Source of the DNA: Mollicutes bacterium Phil14
GTDB lineage: Bacteria > Bacillota_I > Bacilli_A > ML615J-28 > CAG-698
Assembly (NCBI GenBank): GCA_001940985.1
Contig: MSHB01000026.1
Coordinates: 2,215-66,214 of the forward strand
Length of the DNA stretch: 64,000 nt
Direction of reading: 5' to 3'
Shown here: positions 7,932 to 16,030 of the stretch, one piece after another
Position numbering within the stretch: the stretch's first letter is position 1
Layout: the number at the start of each line of letters is the position of its first letter
Made by a program: the position numbers and the translations under genes
The notes under the pieces: generated by a model
Told to the model about the DNA's origin: nothing
Databases searched by the model: none
The model's input: the letters and a program-made list of their open reading frames with translations, nothing else

Positions 7932-8489
7932 ACTCTTCAGAAAATGACAAACATGTGGGGCGTAAGTAATAAAATAGTATTGTATAATGATAAACTAGCA
8001 ATAGTCATTATACTAAATTGCTAGTATTTTATTATGATCGTGCGGACGTAAAAATCATGTATACTAATAAGGATAATGTGACAGTTATCCTGCTACAGTA
8101 TTAAAACTTTGTGAGAGTCAAAATTGAATCCTTATCATAGAACGTAGAAGGAACAACGTCTTATTAATATATTAATACAGCGGTATTAGTATAGAAATAA
8201 GTTTACTTATATCTATTCATATAAGTAGTAAAATACAAATGTAAAATCCATAGAATAGTATGGCGTCATTAGTTAGTATTCCGATTAGAAAAGACTAGTG
8301 TAGAGAAGTATATGTAACATATCACATTAAACACATGTGCTTAATATGAATATCAAGGCATACCCAGTTCTATGCTAGTCTTACTTTTATTTGTATATCG
8401 TCTGCCAGACTTTATATAGGTGGAGACTTCGGTCAACCCAGGAGAGTACTATGAGAGAGAGCATAGTACTCTTTCCTTTTATTTGTTTT
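7932..8489 (+). ncRNA. candidate discrete structured RNA ending at a strong terminator
   Basis: ORF-free with stops in all frames. Hairpins at 7994-8002/8017-8025, and GAC-TTCG-GTC near 8425. Closed by the 8443-8489 terminator. Confidence 0.35.
8443..8489 (+). terminator. rho-independent terminator
   Basis: 11-bp stem AGAGTACTATG/CATAGTACTCT with loop AGAGAGAG, followed by TTCCTTTTATTTGTTTT. Confidence 0.8.
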
Positions 8490-8596
8490 ATGTTGTGAAG
8501 AACAGTAGCAATGGTTAAAAACAAAGTGACTGAGTATCAATATGATACTAATTAGATGTACTATTAATTTAAATCCTTAGGTACAAAGGTAAATCT

Positions 8597-8770
8597 ATGC
8601 AAGTAAAACAAACAATCAATGGTGTGGAATATATCATCCACATAAACAAAAATTATGGTATATGTGATTTATCACATCGGAGAGAGTTATTAACTAAGTA
8701 TATCGGGCAAGATTTCCGATTAGTATCTGAGAAAGTATTTAAAGATATGAGTACTTCTAATGTTAATTAA
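8597..8770 (+). CDS. hypothetical small protein (57 aa)
   Basis: MQVKQTINGVEYIIHINKNYGICDLSHRRELLTKYIGQDFRLVSEKVFKDMSTSNVN. Ends 2 nt before the next ATG. Confidence 0.4.
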   Translation: MQVKQTINGVEYIIHINKNYGICDLSHRRELLTKYIGQDFRLVSEKVFKDMSTSNVN

Positions 8771-8772
8771 GT

Positions 8773-9336
8773 ATGGAAAAATCAGAGTACAAAAAATTAG
8801 TAGAAGAAGTTATAGCATTTGCAAAGGAAAATGCAGGAAAACAATGTATTATAACAGATAGAAATCTAAGAGAATCAGGTACAATCTGTGGTTATAATGA
8901 ATCTATATCTTCATCAATAGATGAACCTATGCTAATAGTAGCTGTATATGCACCTATAGGATGGAATGTAATAGAATCTGATGATATATTACTATACAAA
9001 GTAAAACAAGATACTAGTATAGTACATGATATGAAAAAGTTTTCTTATTTATATGTACCATTAGATAAAATTAGATTAGTAGAACATAAGAGTAAATTAC
9101 CTGAAGTAGCTAGATACCGCAATCTTACTTTAGGCAGATTAACTCAAATTAAAGCTGCTATTGATTACATTCTTACTAGTTCTCCTGATAAAGTAAGAAG
9201 TACTATGGATGAAGAGAAGGAAGACTTATTACGTATTAAATATGCTCTACAAGATGTAGTTAGTATGTGGAGATACAATACTAAAGTATTATTAGAGAAA
9301 ATTAAAAAGGATCAAGAAGATGGCAAGTGGAAGTAG
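8773..9336 (+). CDS. hypothetical protein
   Basis: 187-aa track ORF. Terminal codon is TAG. Confidence 0.6.
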   Translation: MEKSEYKKLVEEVIAFAKENAGKQCIITDRNLRESGTICGYNESISSSIDEPMLIVAVYAPIGWNVIESDDILLYKVKQDTSIVHDMKKFSYLYVPLDKIRLVEHKSKLPEVARYRNLTLGRLTQIKAAIDYILTSSPDKVRSTMDEEKEDLLRIKYALQDVVSMWRYNTKVLLEKIKKDQEDGKWK

Positions 9337-9619
9337 AAAAGCAATTCAAGATTTACTACCATACGCATGGGAAGTAATCTTACGCAAGCATCATTTACTA
9401 TCACACTTTTGTGAAAGTCTTTATCAAACGATGCCTAAAGGATGGAGAAATAAATATTATTACAAAAATATTTTAACTCGTGCTAAGTGTTGGTACAAGC
9501 TACCATTTACTACTATTATCTACAGAATACCTAATCTTATGGATCCTATAAAGTACCCTGAGAAACTTTGGTTAGAAATCAATGATGAAATTAATCAACT
9601 TTTAAATAGAGTAAAATGA
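9320..9619 (+). CDS. hypothetical protein
   Basis: 99-aa track ORF. TGA stop overlaps the next ATG. Confidence 0.5.
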   Translation: MASGSRKAIQDLLPYAWEVILRKHHLLSHFCESLYQTMPKGWRNKYYYKNILTRAKCWYKLPFTTIIYRIPNLMDPIKYPEKLWLEINDEINQLLNRVK

Positions 9620-9867
9620 AACTAGTAGCATCTTTCTTTTATGGTATACTAACAACACTAGTTATACTAATAACAACTATAAGATACACACATTATAGTT
9701 TTATAGATGATTGGACAGCTTCTCAGTTAAAATACGGAGATTATAGTATATATTGGTATTGGATAGTACTAGTTATATATACTATGTGGTTAGTATTTAC
9801 TATTGAATCTATACTTAGTATCTTTAAACATAATAAAGATGAAAATATGTCGAAAACTATGGAATAG
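9616..9867 (+). CDS. small membrane protein
   Basis: 83-aa track ORF with two hydrophobic helices. Terminal TAG, with TAA 6 codons later. Confidence 0.5.
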   Translation: MKLVASFFYGILTTLVILITTIRYTHYSFIDDWTASQLKYGDYSIYWYWIVLVIYTMWLVFTIESILSIFKHNKDENMSKTME

Positions 9868-10006
9868 TTATCTAAGACAAATAGATAAAATCTTTGATTT
9901 TGCAGAGAATAATCCAAAAACAGTATTCGTTATATTCATTATTATATGTATAACTATACTAGTTATTAACATTGAGATTTTAGTACCATATTTATTAAAC
10001 AATTAA
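9803..10006 (+). CDS. small membrane protein (uncertain)
   Basis: 67-aa track ORF that overlaps the previous gene by 65 nt. Confidence 0.3.
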   Translation: MNLYLVSLNIIKMKICRKLWNSYLRQIDKIFDFAENNPKTVFVIFIIICITILVINIEILVPYLLNN

Positions 10007-10020
10007 AACATTTATCAAAA

Positions 10021-10425
10021 ATGAGAAATTATTTTGCATTATGCATTGCAGGTATTATTGCTATGTTTATTATAGCAGTTACCTTTGAGAGTTGTAAGCC
10101 TAAAACAGGCAATAATTCACAAGAACAAAACGATTTACCTACTTTCGAAACGGATACTGTAGAAACAGCTCCGTTAACTGTCGCAGAAGTTTTACAGCGG
10201 CGAGATGATATGAGACTATGTGAATACGAAGATTCTATTTGGTTAACAATGCCAGATGAAATTATTGTACAAATCTGCGTAAATAAAGGCACAGATTTAT
10301 CGCAATATGAAATCGTAGAAACATATTTACAGAATAAAGAATTTTATGATGGATTCGTTAAAGGCTCAAGATACGTAAAAGAGCATAAAGAATCTGATAT
10401 TCCTATAACAGATAGTATAAAATAA
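10021..10425 (+). CDS. putative lipoprotein
   Basis: 134 aa. The N-terminal hydrophobic signal ends ...AVTFESC, which is lipobox-like. Confidence 0.55.
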   Translation: MRNYFALCIAGIIAMFIIAVTFESCKPKTGNNSQEQNDLPTFETDTVETAPLTVAEVLQRRDDMRLCEYEDSIWLTMPDEIIVQICVNKGTDLSQYEIVETYLQNKEFYDGFVKGSRYVKEHKESDIPITDSIK

Positions 10426-10430
10426 CGCCT

Positions 10431-10673
10431 ATGAAACAAAAATTAGCATCCCTATTATGTGCTATATTTGGACATTCATGGGAAACATTTGATACCTTGA
10501 ACGCTAGTAGATCTATTGCAGATCGTACTTATTGTTCTAGATGTGGGATAAAATATCACACTCATATCTTTCGTCGTATAAATAAAGAGAATCAAAAAGA
10601 AGAATTTCATCGTGATCCTCAAGTTAGGTATAGAAACCTAACTGAATATTTTAAGAAAACTTCAAACAAATAA
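10431..10673 (+). CDS. small Cys/His protein
   Basis: 80-aa track ORF with C..H...C..C spacing. Confidence 0.5.
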   Translation: MKQKLASLLCAIFGHSWETFDTLNASRSIADRTYCSRCGIKYHTHIFRRINKENQKEEFHRDPQVRYRNLTEYFKKTSNK

Positions 10674-10677
10674 TAAT

Positions 10678-11088
10678 ATGAAAGTAGTAGTTTTTTGTGT
10701 ACCAAACCACATTTCTGAATCTGATTTAGCAAATGCTATGGAAGAAATGTTATGCAACTTAGATTGTTGCGTAGGATTTCATGTATTAACTGATAATGAT
10801 TCTGTTCCTAAGATTAAAGGAGTAAAATCAAAAGGTAGAACAGCTCTAGAAGAGTTATTCAAAATATGTGGAACTCCAAACACTTATTCTTCAAATAAAG
10901 AATTTCTTGCTAAAGTAAGAGAAGTTCTTCTTAATAGAGGAGGAACAATTAACTTAGAATTAGCTAATATTATAGCTGATCCTAGGTCTTTTACTAAGAG
11001 AGATCAACAATTCTTAAACAATAATAAAGGTAATATGATTATTGATTATTGTAGAGCCTTTATTGCATTATTTGAAGATTTAGTATGA
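10678..11088 (+). CDS. hypothetical protein
   Basis: 136-aa track ORF. Confidence 0.6.
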   Translation: MKVVVFCVPNHISESDLANAMEEMLCNLDCCVGFHVLTDNDSVPKIKGVKSKGRTALEELFKICGTPNTYSSNKEFLAKVREVLLNRGGTINLELANIIADPRSFTKRDQQFLNNNKGNMIIDYCRAFIALFEDLV

Positions 11089-11444
11089 TAAGTAGAAAAC
11101 AACGAGCATTAGCTAAAAGAAATCAAATCCTATTAAAAGAAAGGTTAAATCGTAATCCTTTAAATGGAAAATTACAACTTACCAAAATTAAAATAGGAAT
11201 AAATCCTAGTTCTGAACTAGAGATGCGTAAAGTACTCTATCAAGTAAGACAAAAAGAAATTAGAGAAGCAGAGAAGCTTAGAAAGCTTCAAGCTGAAACT
11301 AAAAGATTTTTAGGACTTGATATATATTATGATAATTTATTAACTTACGATAATTCTCCAAAAGATGACGGATTAAGTTGTAAAGAACGTCGTTTAATGA
11401 AGAAATACGGAGTTAAACGATATCATAACATAAGTATAGCTTAA
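11085..11444 (+). CDS. basic hypothetical protein
   Basis: 119-aa track ORF. Its ATG overlaps the upstream TGA. Confidence 0.55.
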   Translation: MISRKQRALAKRNQILLKERLNRNPLNGKLQLTKIKIGINPSSELEMRKVLYQVRQKEIREAEKLRKLQAETKRFLGLDIYYDNLLTYDNSPKDDGLSCKERRLMKKYGVKRYHNISIA

Positions 11445-11510
11445 ACTTAAAACAAAATAAGCTTTATTCATAAAAATCAATTTTATTAACAATTTAAATT
11501 ATCAAAAATT

Positions 11511-11978
11511 ATGAAACAAATTGCATTAAGAATGGCAGCAGTAGCTCCTTACATGAGATTTATCACAGCAGACGATTCTCTCAAAAATGTAGACGGTTTT
11601 TCAAATCCTAATTCGGAAATCATGGATGAAATCCGAAAAGAAGAAGAAGAACGTGAACGTGAAGAGAAAAAGAATGCTGCTAAAATCCAGTTACAAATCG
11701 ATACTTTCGAACAAGAGCTAGCCGCTATTGAACTTCGTCAAGCTCGTGCAAAAGAGGAAGCTAAAACAAAAGCTTTAAAAGCTCGTACGGACGAAAACGA
11801 AAAATATATGGCCGGCGGAAAAGATACCGAAGACCATAAGAAAGCAATTGCAGCAATTGAGGAAGAATATGCTAATAACGTTCGGAAAGCAGATACCGAA
11901 TTCAACAAAGCATATCAGAATCTCAAGGCTAAGAATCCTATGGGGTATTCCCGTAGCTCTCGTAGTTGCCGTTGGTAA
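11511..11978 (+). CDS. coiled-coil hypothetical protein
   Basis: 155-aa track ORF, E/K/A-rich and visibly less AT-rich. Confidence 0.6.
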   Translation: MKQIALRMAAVAPYMRFITADDSLKNVDGFSNPNSEIMDEIRKEEEEREREEKKNAAKIQLQIDTFEQELAAIELRQARAKEEAKTKALKARTDENEKYMAGGKDTEDHKKAIAAIEEEYANNVRKADTEFNKAYQNLKAKNPMGYSRSSRSCRW

Positions 11979-11998
11979 AATTACGAACTAACTATTTA

Positions 11999-12298
11999 CT
12001 TATCAGTACCTTGTGTCACGATAAGAAAGAATATATTCTAATCATGCATACGGGGATTTTGCAATTACCTATGGAGCTATTCACAGAATATAAACTTTAA
12101 TACTCAGTATATACTTCGGTGTATACTGAGTAGATAAATAGAAAACGTGCCACTGATCATGTGCCTAAAGATCTAAAGGTATTCCTCAGTGTTAGGAATA
12201 TGCTTCTAACTATAAGTACCTTGTGTCAACATAGTTAGACTAGTCTTATGACGATAAACAGAAATCTATCAAGAGTTATATATGAGTACCTCGTGTCT
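11999..12298 (+). repeat. three copies of AGTACCTYGTGTC, two displayed in hairpin loops
   Basis: Copies at 12005-12018, 12215-12228 and 12285-12298. The first two sit in loops of the stems CTTATC/GATAAG (11999-12025) and CTAACTAT/ATAGTTAG (12206-12238). Confidence 0.6.
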
Positions 12299-12492
12299 AA
12301 AGTTCAATTGAGTCCCTTCAAGGTGAGCACTTGCTTTACATATATAAATCAAAAAACAATGTAGTAATTATAAGAAGAGAGTGTCTAGTACCTATAGTAT
12401 TATTATTTACTGTGATGGTAAATAATAGACTATACTCAACTTATAAATACATATTATAAAGTATAGAGTTCTTGATTGAGCTCTATACTACT

Positions 12493-12651
12493 ATGAACAG
12501 AGGAAGACATAAAAGCTTGAAAAAGAAGATTAAGTATATGTCAAATGAACAGATGCTTAAAATGTTAGAAGAAATGAACAATATTAAAACTGATTGTAAA
12601 GAATTTATTGAGCAATGTATTGTTTACTCTAACTATAGTATTAAAAAGTAA
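12493..12651 (+). CDS. hypothetical small protein (52 aa)
   Basis: MNRGRHKSLKKKIKYMSNEQMLKMLEEMNNIKTDCKEFIEQCIVYSNYSIKK. The first 20 nt are identical to the start of 13563..13832. Confidence 0.4.
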   Translation: MNRGRHKSLKKKIKYMSNEQMLKMLEEMNNIKTDCKEFIEQCIVYSNYSIKK

Positions 12652-12957
12652 AACGACTGTTAGGTCTATGAATCACTGTTTGGACACGGGTTTGATTCCC
12701 GTCACCTCCACGAATATGTTTCGATTAAGAGAGAGAGTCTACCGTTTAATGCATTTCATACGACTCAGTGAGATTTCTCACTTAAACTGAATAGAAATGC
12801 ATTATTTTAATCGGGGGTGAATGAGTTTGACAGGCAGAATGTGAAGTAGAATAGGTCGCATGCAGATAACTGGCAACACAAGTTATGTAACGGATTATAC
12901 TCGTATTGCAGCGTAATATGAGAATCCAACGGCTAAGCTAATGTCGTAAAAAGCTGG
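12652..12957 (+). ncRNA. ssrA: circularly permuted (two-piece) tmRNA-like gene
   Basis: The upstream piece ends GGAC-ACGGG-TTTGATT-CCCGT-CACCTCC-A (12682-12710). The downstream piece starts GGGGGTGAATGAGTTTGACAGG (12813-). The two strands form a 7-bp acceptor stem with G3:U70 and discriminator A. Tag-like frame at 12872-12916: GNTSYVTDYTRIAA-TAA. Confidence 0.7.
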
Positions 12958-13030
12958 AGTACTATAGTTGTAATTGGTAAAATATAACACTGATAAAGTT
13001 AAGTTACAGGTTCAAATCCTGTTAGTACTA
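12958..13030 (+). tRNA. tRNA-Ile (anticodon GAU)
   Basis: Acceptor AGTACTA/TAGTACT. T arm ACAGG-TTCAAAT-CCTGT. Anticodon loop CTGATAA, with an A:A mismatch closing the stem. Hand fold, 73 nt. Confidence 0.7.
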
Positions 13031-13060
13031 CTATAAAATTAATCAATAATTTAAAACACT

Positions 13061-13546
13061 ATGGCGGAAGATATAGAAGATAAAACACTTGAAGATCCTG
13101 CATTTTTATCCTTTTTTAATTCAATCATGAGTATTATATGTAATACAAAAGGTAAAGAAAAAGCAATAAGAGTTAAAGAGAAAATAAATTGCTATTTACG
13201 GTCATTACAAGTAGATGGACAAATTAAAGGATTAAAACCTTTAACGATTAAAAAGTATGATGTAATTCGTACCATAATAGGAAAAATGAATCATTATTCA
13301 ATAGTATATAAAGTAGATAATAAAAACAAACTACTCTGGGTAGTTCCAATTACTACATCTTCTACTTACTTATTTAAATTATGGGAAGTTAAGAGTAGAA
13401 TATATACTGGATATTATGGTAATTGTATTTATTTCGTACCTATGAATGGAGATTATAATTTCTGTAATATATTTGACAATAAAATTGATTTTAATAAATA
13501 TATGAAAGAACTAAAAACTTATTACAAAAAAACTTTATATTTATAA
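13061..13546 (+). CDS. hypothetical protein
   Basis: 161-aa track ORF. Confidence 0.6.
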   Translation: MAEDIEDKTLEDPAFLSFFNSIMSIICNTKGKEKAIRVKEKINCYLRSLQVDGQIKGLKPLTIKKYDVIRTIIGKMNHYSIVYKVDNKNKLLWVVPITTSSTYLFKLWEVKSRIYTGYYGNCIYFVPMNGDYNFCNIFDNKIDFNKYMKELKTYYKKTLYL

Positions 13547-13562
13547 GAATAGTTAATTCATT

Positions 13563-13832
13563 ATGAACAGAGGAAGACATAATAGTAAAACTACTCCAGG
13601 TACAATCATAACAAATTTCTATAGGAAATATCCAAGAGCTAAACTTTTATTTATAGAACAAGATTTACTTAAGATATTATATTATCAAAAAAAATGTGGA
13701 AATAATCCTGATCTAGAAATATTTATAAGTGACTATTACAGAGGATATACAAGTGGAGGATTTAACTGGGATGATACTAAAGAAAAATATCCTTATTGGT
13801 TAAAAGTAATGGAAAACTTCAACATATTATAA
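13563..13832 (+). CDS. hypothetical protein
   Basis: 89-aa track ORF with an MNRGRH start shared with 12493..12651. Confidence 0.55.
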   Translation: MNRGRHNSKTTPGTIITNFYRKYPRAKLLFIEQDLLKILYYQKKCGNNPDLEIFISDYYRGYTSGGFNWDDTKEKYPYWLKVMENFNIL

Positions 13833-13847
13833 TAATAAATAAAGAAG

Positions 13848-14036
13848 ATGGAAGAATTATTTGAAATTACTAGTTGGGTTACATTCAAGAAGCCTGGACT
13901 AAAAAAAGAGATCATTGAATTAAGTAAAACATGTGCTGATGCAGATGAGTTTAAATCTAAACTTCAAGATCGCTATCAGGTCAGTTTATCTACTGCCTAT
14001 ATCTTATCAAAAAAGTTTTATAAACCTCAAAATTAG
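13848..14036 (+). CDS. hypothetical protein
   Basis: 62-aa track ORF. Ends TAG, immediately followed by TAA. Confidence 0.5.
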   Translation: MEELFEITSWVTFKKPGLKKEIIELSKTCADADEFKSKLQDRYQVSLSTAYILSKKFYKPQN

Positions 14037-14045
14037 TAAATAATT

Positions 14046-14504
14046 ATGAAATTGTCAGATGGAGTATGGATGGCACAAGGCCCATCTCAAAATGTGATTA
14101 TTAAAGTAGTAGGAGAGCAACCTTTTATTAAAATAGTAAAAGGAATACTTATGAATGATTTCTTTAACTATGGAAGAGTAAAAGAGCTTAGTGAGAATAG
14201 TTTAGAGATCCAACATATTCTTCAAAACCCAAGCTTATATAATTTTGAGCATTTAACAGTATCTCAAGCAGTATTAGACACTATTGGTGTAGGAACTCGC
14301 ACTTTTCAAAAGTGGGAAAATCTTACTGATGAAGATGTAAAAGAATTAGTAGAACAATATCAGAATCATTTGAAGATATATGGTGATACTAATGATGCCG
14401 CATTTATCATTAAGATGTGTAAAGAATTCAGGATTACTACTGGTCAAGCTAGTAATATCCTTGAAAATAAAGTAAAACGAATATTAAGTTTTACTTTCGG
14501 GTAG
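14046..14504 (+). CDS. hypothetical protein
   Basis: 152-aa track ORF. Ends at TAG, with TGA 5 codons later. Confidence 0.6.
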   Translation: MKLSDGVWMAQGPSQNVIIKVVGEQPFIKIVKGILMNDFFNYGRVKELSENSLEIQHILQNPSLYNFEHLTVSQAVLDTIGVGTRTFQKWENLTDEDVKELVEQYQNHLKIYGDTNDAAFIIKMCKEFRITTGQASNILENKVKRILSFTFG

Positions 14505-14508
14505 TATC

Positions 14509-14955
14509 ATGGAAGCAATTGATATTATTAACAGAAGTCTAGAAGAACCTTTTTTATTTCCATTAGATTATATTAATATAATAAATAAGGAATTAATAAC
14601 AGAAGTATATCTGAATGATGAATTTGATTATCATTTATATGGTAAAAATGAGTATTATTTAAAACGTATAGAAGAGTATCAAAAGATTATTAAATGGATG
14701 ACTTCTAAATTATACTTTCCTTTAATTAAAGCTGCAATACAAGGAGATTCTATTGCTATAGCTACTTCTACTACTAAAGTTAGATTAAGAATAGCTACAA
14801 ATATGGTAATGAAAATTCCTGATCACAAAATTAGTAACTTTAAAAGATTAAGTAATTCTATAAAATTAGATACTGTAGAATATATAACTCAAGCATATTG
14901 GAATAGACAAATAGCTTGTTCAGATTATTATTTTAAGTATCAGGTTCCATTCTAG
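14509..14955 (+). CDS. hypothetical protein (may extend to 15018 if TAG is read through)
   Basis: 148-aa track ORF ending at TAG 14953-14955. The frame stays open for 20 more codons to TGA 15016-15018, which overlaps the next ATG as ATGA. Confidence 0.6.
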   Translation: MEAIDIINRSLEEPFLFPLDYINIINKELITEVYLNDEFDYHLYGKNEYYLKRIEEYQKIIKWMTSKLYFPLIKAAIQGDSIAIATSTTKVRLRIATNMVMKIPDHKISNFKRLSNSIKLDTVEYITQAYWNRQIACSDYYFKYQVPF

Positions 14956-15014
14956 AACTATGATAGTAGTTGTTGGTTTAACTACTATCAACAAATAACC
15001 ATTAAATTAGCACT

Positions 15015-15566
15015 ATGAAAGAAGAAATAATTCAATTAGTAGAGCAAGCTAAAAATGGTGATGAAAGATCTTTCAATAAACTTTATACATATTATAAACA
15101 AACTATATGGTATACTATATATAATATAGTAAAGAATGTAGATGTTACAGACGATCTGTTATCTGTTGTATTTACTAAAGCGTACGAAAGATTATCTTCT
15201 TATATACAACACATTTCATTTGAGATGTGGCTAAAGACTATTGCAATAAATAGTTCTATAGATTATATAAGAAGAAACAAACAAGAACAATTAAATAACT
15301 ATATTGACGATGAAGACTGTAAAATACAACTAGATAGTTGTGATAATAGTCCTGAAGATAAACTAGTAATAACTGAAAAGTTAAAATTAGTTCAGGAAGC
15401 TATGACTACTCTTCAAAAGAAATATAGAAATTTAATTGAACTACGATTAGAAGGTAAATCCTATAAGGATATTGCTGAAGAGCTTGCTCTATCAGAATCT
15501 AGAGTAAAATCAGATTTAAATAAAGCAAGACAACAATTAAAGAAAAAGATTTCAAAAATTTACTAA
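15015..15566 (+). CDS. ECF-type sigma-70 family RNA polymerase sigma factor
   Basis: 183 aa. Region-2-like DDLLSVVFTKAYERL...WLKTIAINSSIDYIRR. Region-4 HTH-like YRNLIELRLEGKSYKDIAEELALSESRVKSDLNKARQQLKK. Confidence 0.8.
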   Translation: MKEEIIQLVEQAKNGDERSFNKLYTYYKQTIWYTIYNIVKNVDVTDDLLSVVFTKAYERLSSYIQHISFEMWLKTIAINSSIDYIRRNKQEQLNNYIDDEDCKIQLDSCDNSPEDKLVITEKLKLVQEAMTTLQKKYRNLIELRLEGKSYKDIAEELALSESRVKSDLNKARQQLKKKISKIY

Positions 15567-15579
15567 TATCTAACAAACT

Positions 15580-15942
15580 ATGACACTTATTTATTTGTTG
15601 TCAGCATTTATAGTAATCTTCATTATTTCGCGACTAATGAAGACTAACAAAATAGATGCTTTTACTAGAATGCTAAGCATGCTAGGAATTGGTTTATTGT
15701 TAGGTGCATCATCTAGCTATATAGTTAAGTCTATTAGCACAGATGTTGAGAAAGCTGTAGTAGGTATTACTGCTTCTAGTCCCATGCAATCTTCATTACA
15801 TTCACCTGTTGTAGGGAGTGTATGTAATACAGATGAAATTGCAGGTCAGGACACTATAATAGAAGTTGGCACAGTAGTACCTGAAACAGAAGGAACACCT
15901 TGCAAGTTAACAAACTTATCTGAGATTCAAGATGATAGTTGA
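15580..15942 (+). CDS. membrane protein, possible anti-sigma partner
   Basis: 120 aa with two N-terminal hydrophobic helices. Located immediately downstream of the sigma factor. Confidence 0.45.
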   Translation: MTLIYLLSAFIVIFIISRLMKTNKIDAFTRMLSMLGIGLLLGASSSYIVKSISTDVEKAVVGITASSPMQSSLHSPVVGSVCNTDEIAGQDTIIEVGTVVPETEGTPCKLTNLSEIQDDS

Positions 15943-16030
15943 ACTAGAACTTTATTCTAGTGTAAATTATCAAGTTATTAACCTTTTAAATTGTTAAATT
16001 TTTATTAATACATTAAAATTCATAATCAAT

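Noticed and set aside
12608-12790. 60-aa plus-strand ORF from the track
   Set aside because: It lies across the tmRNA acceptor piece and the hairpin-rich intervening segment. Its sequence is low quality, so it is treated as an artefact.
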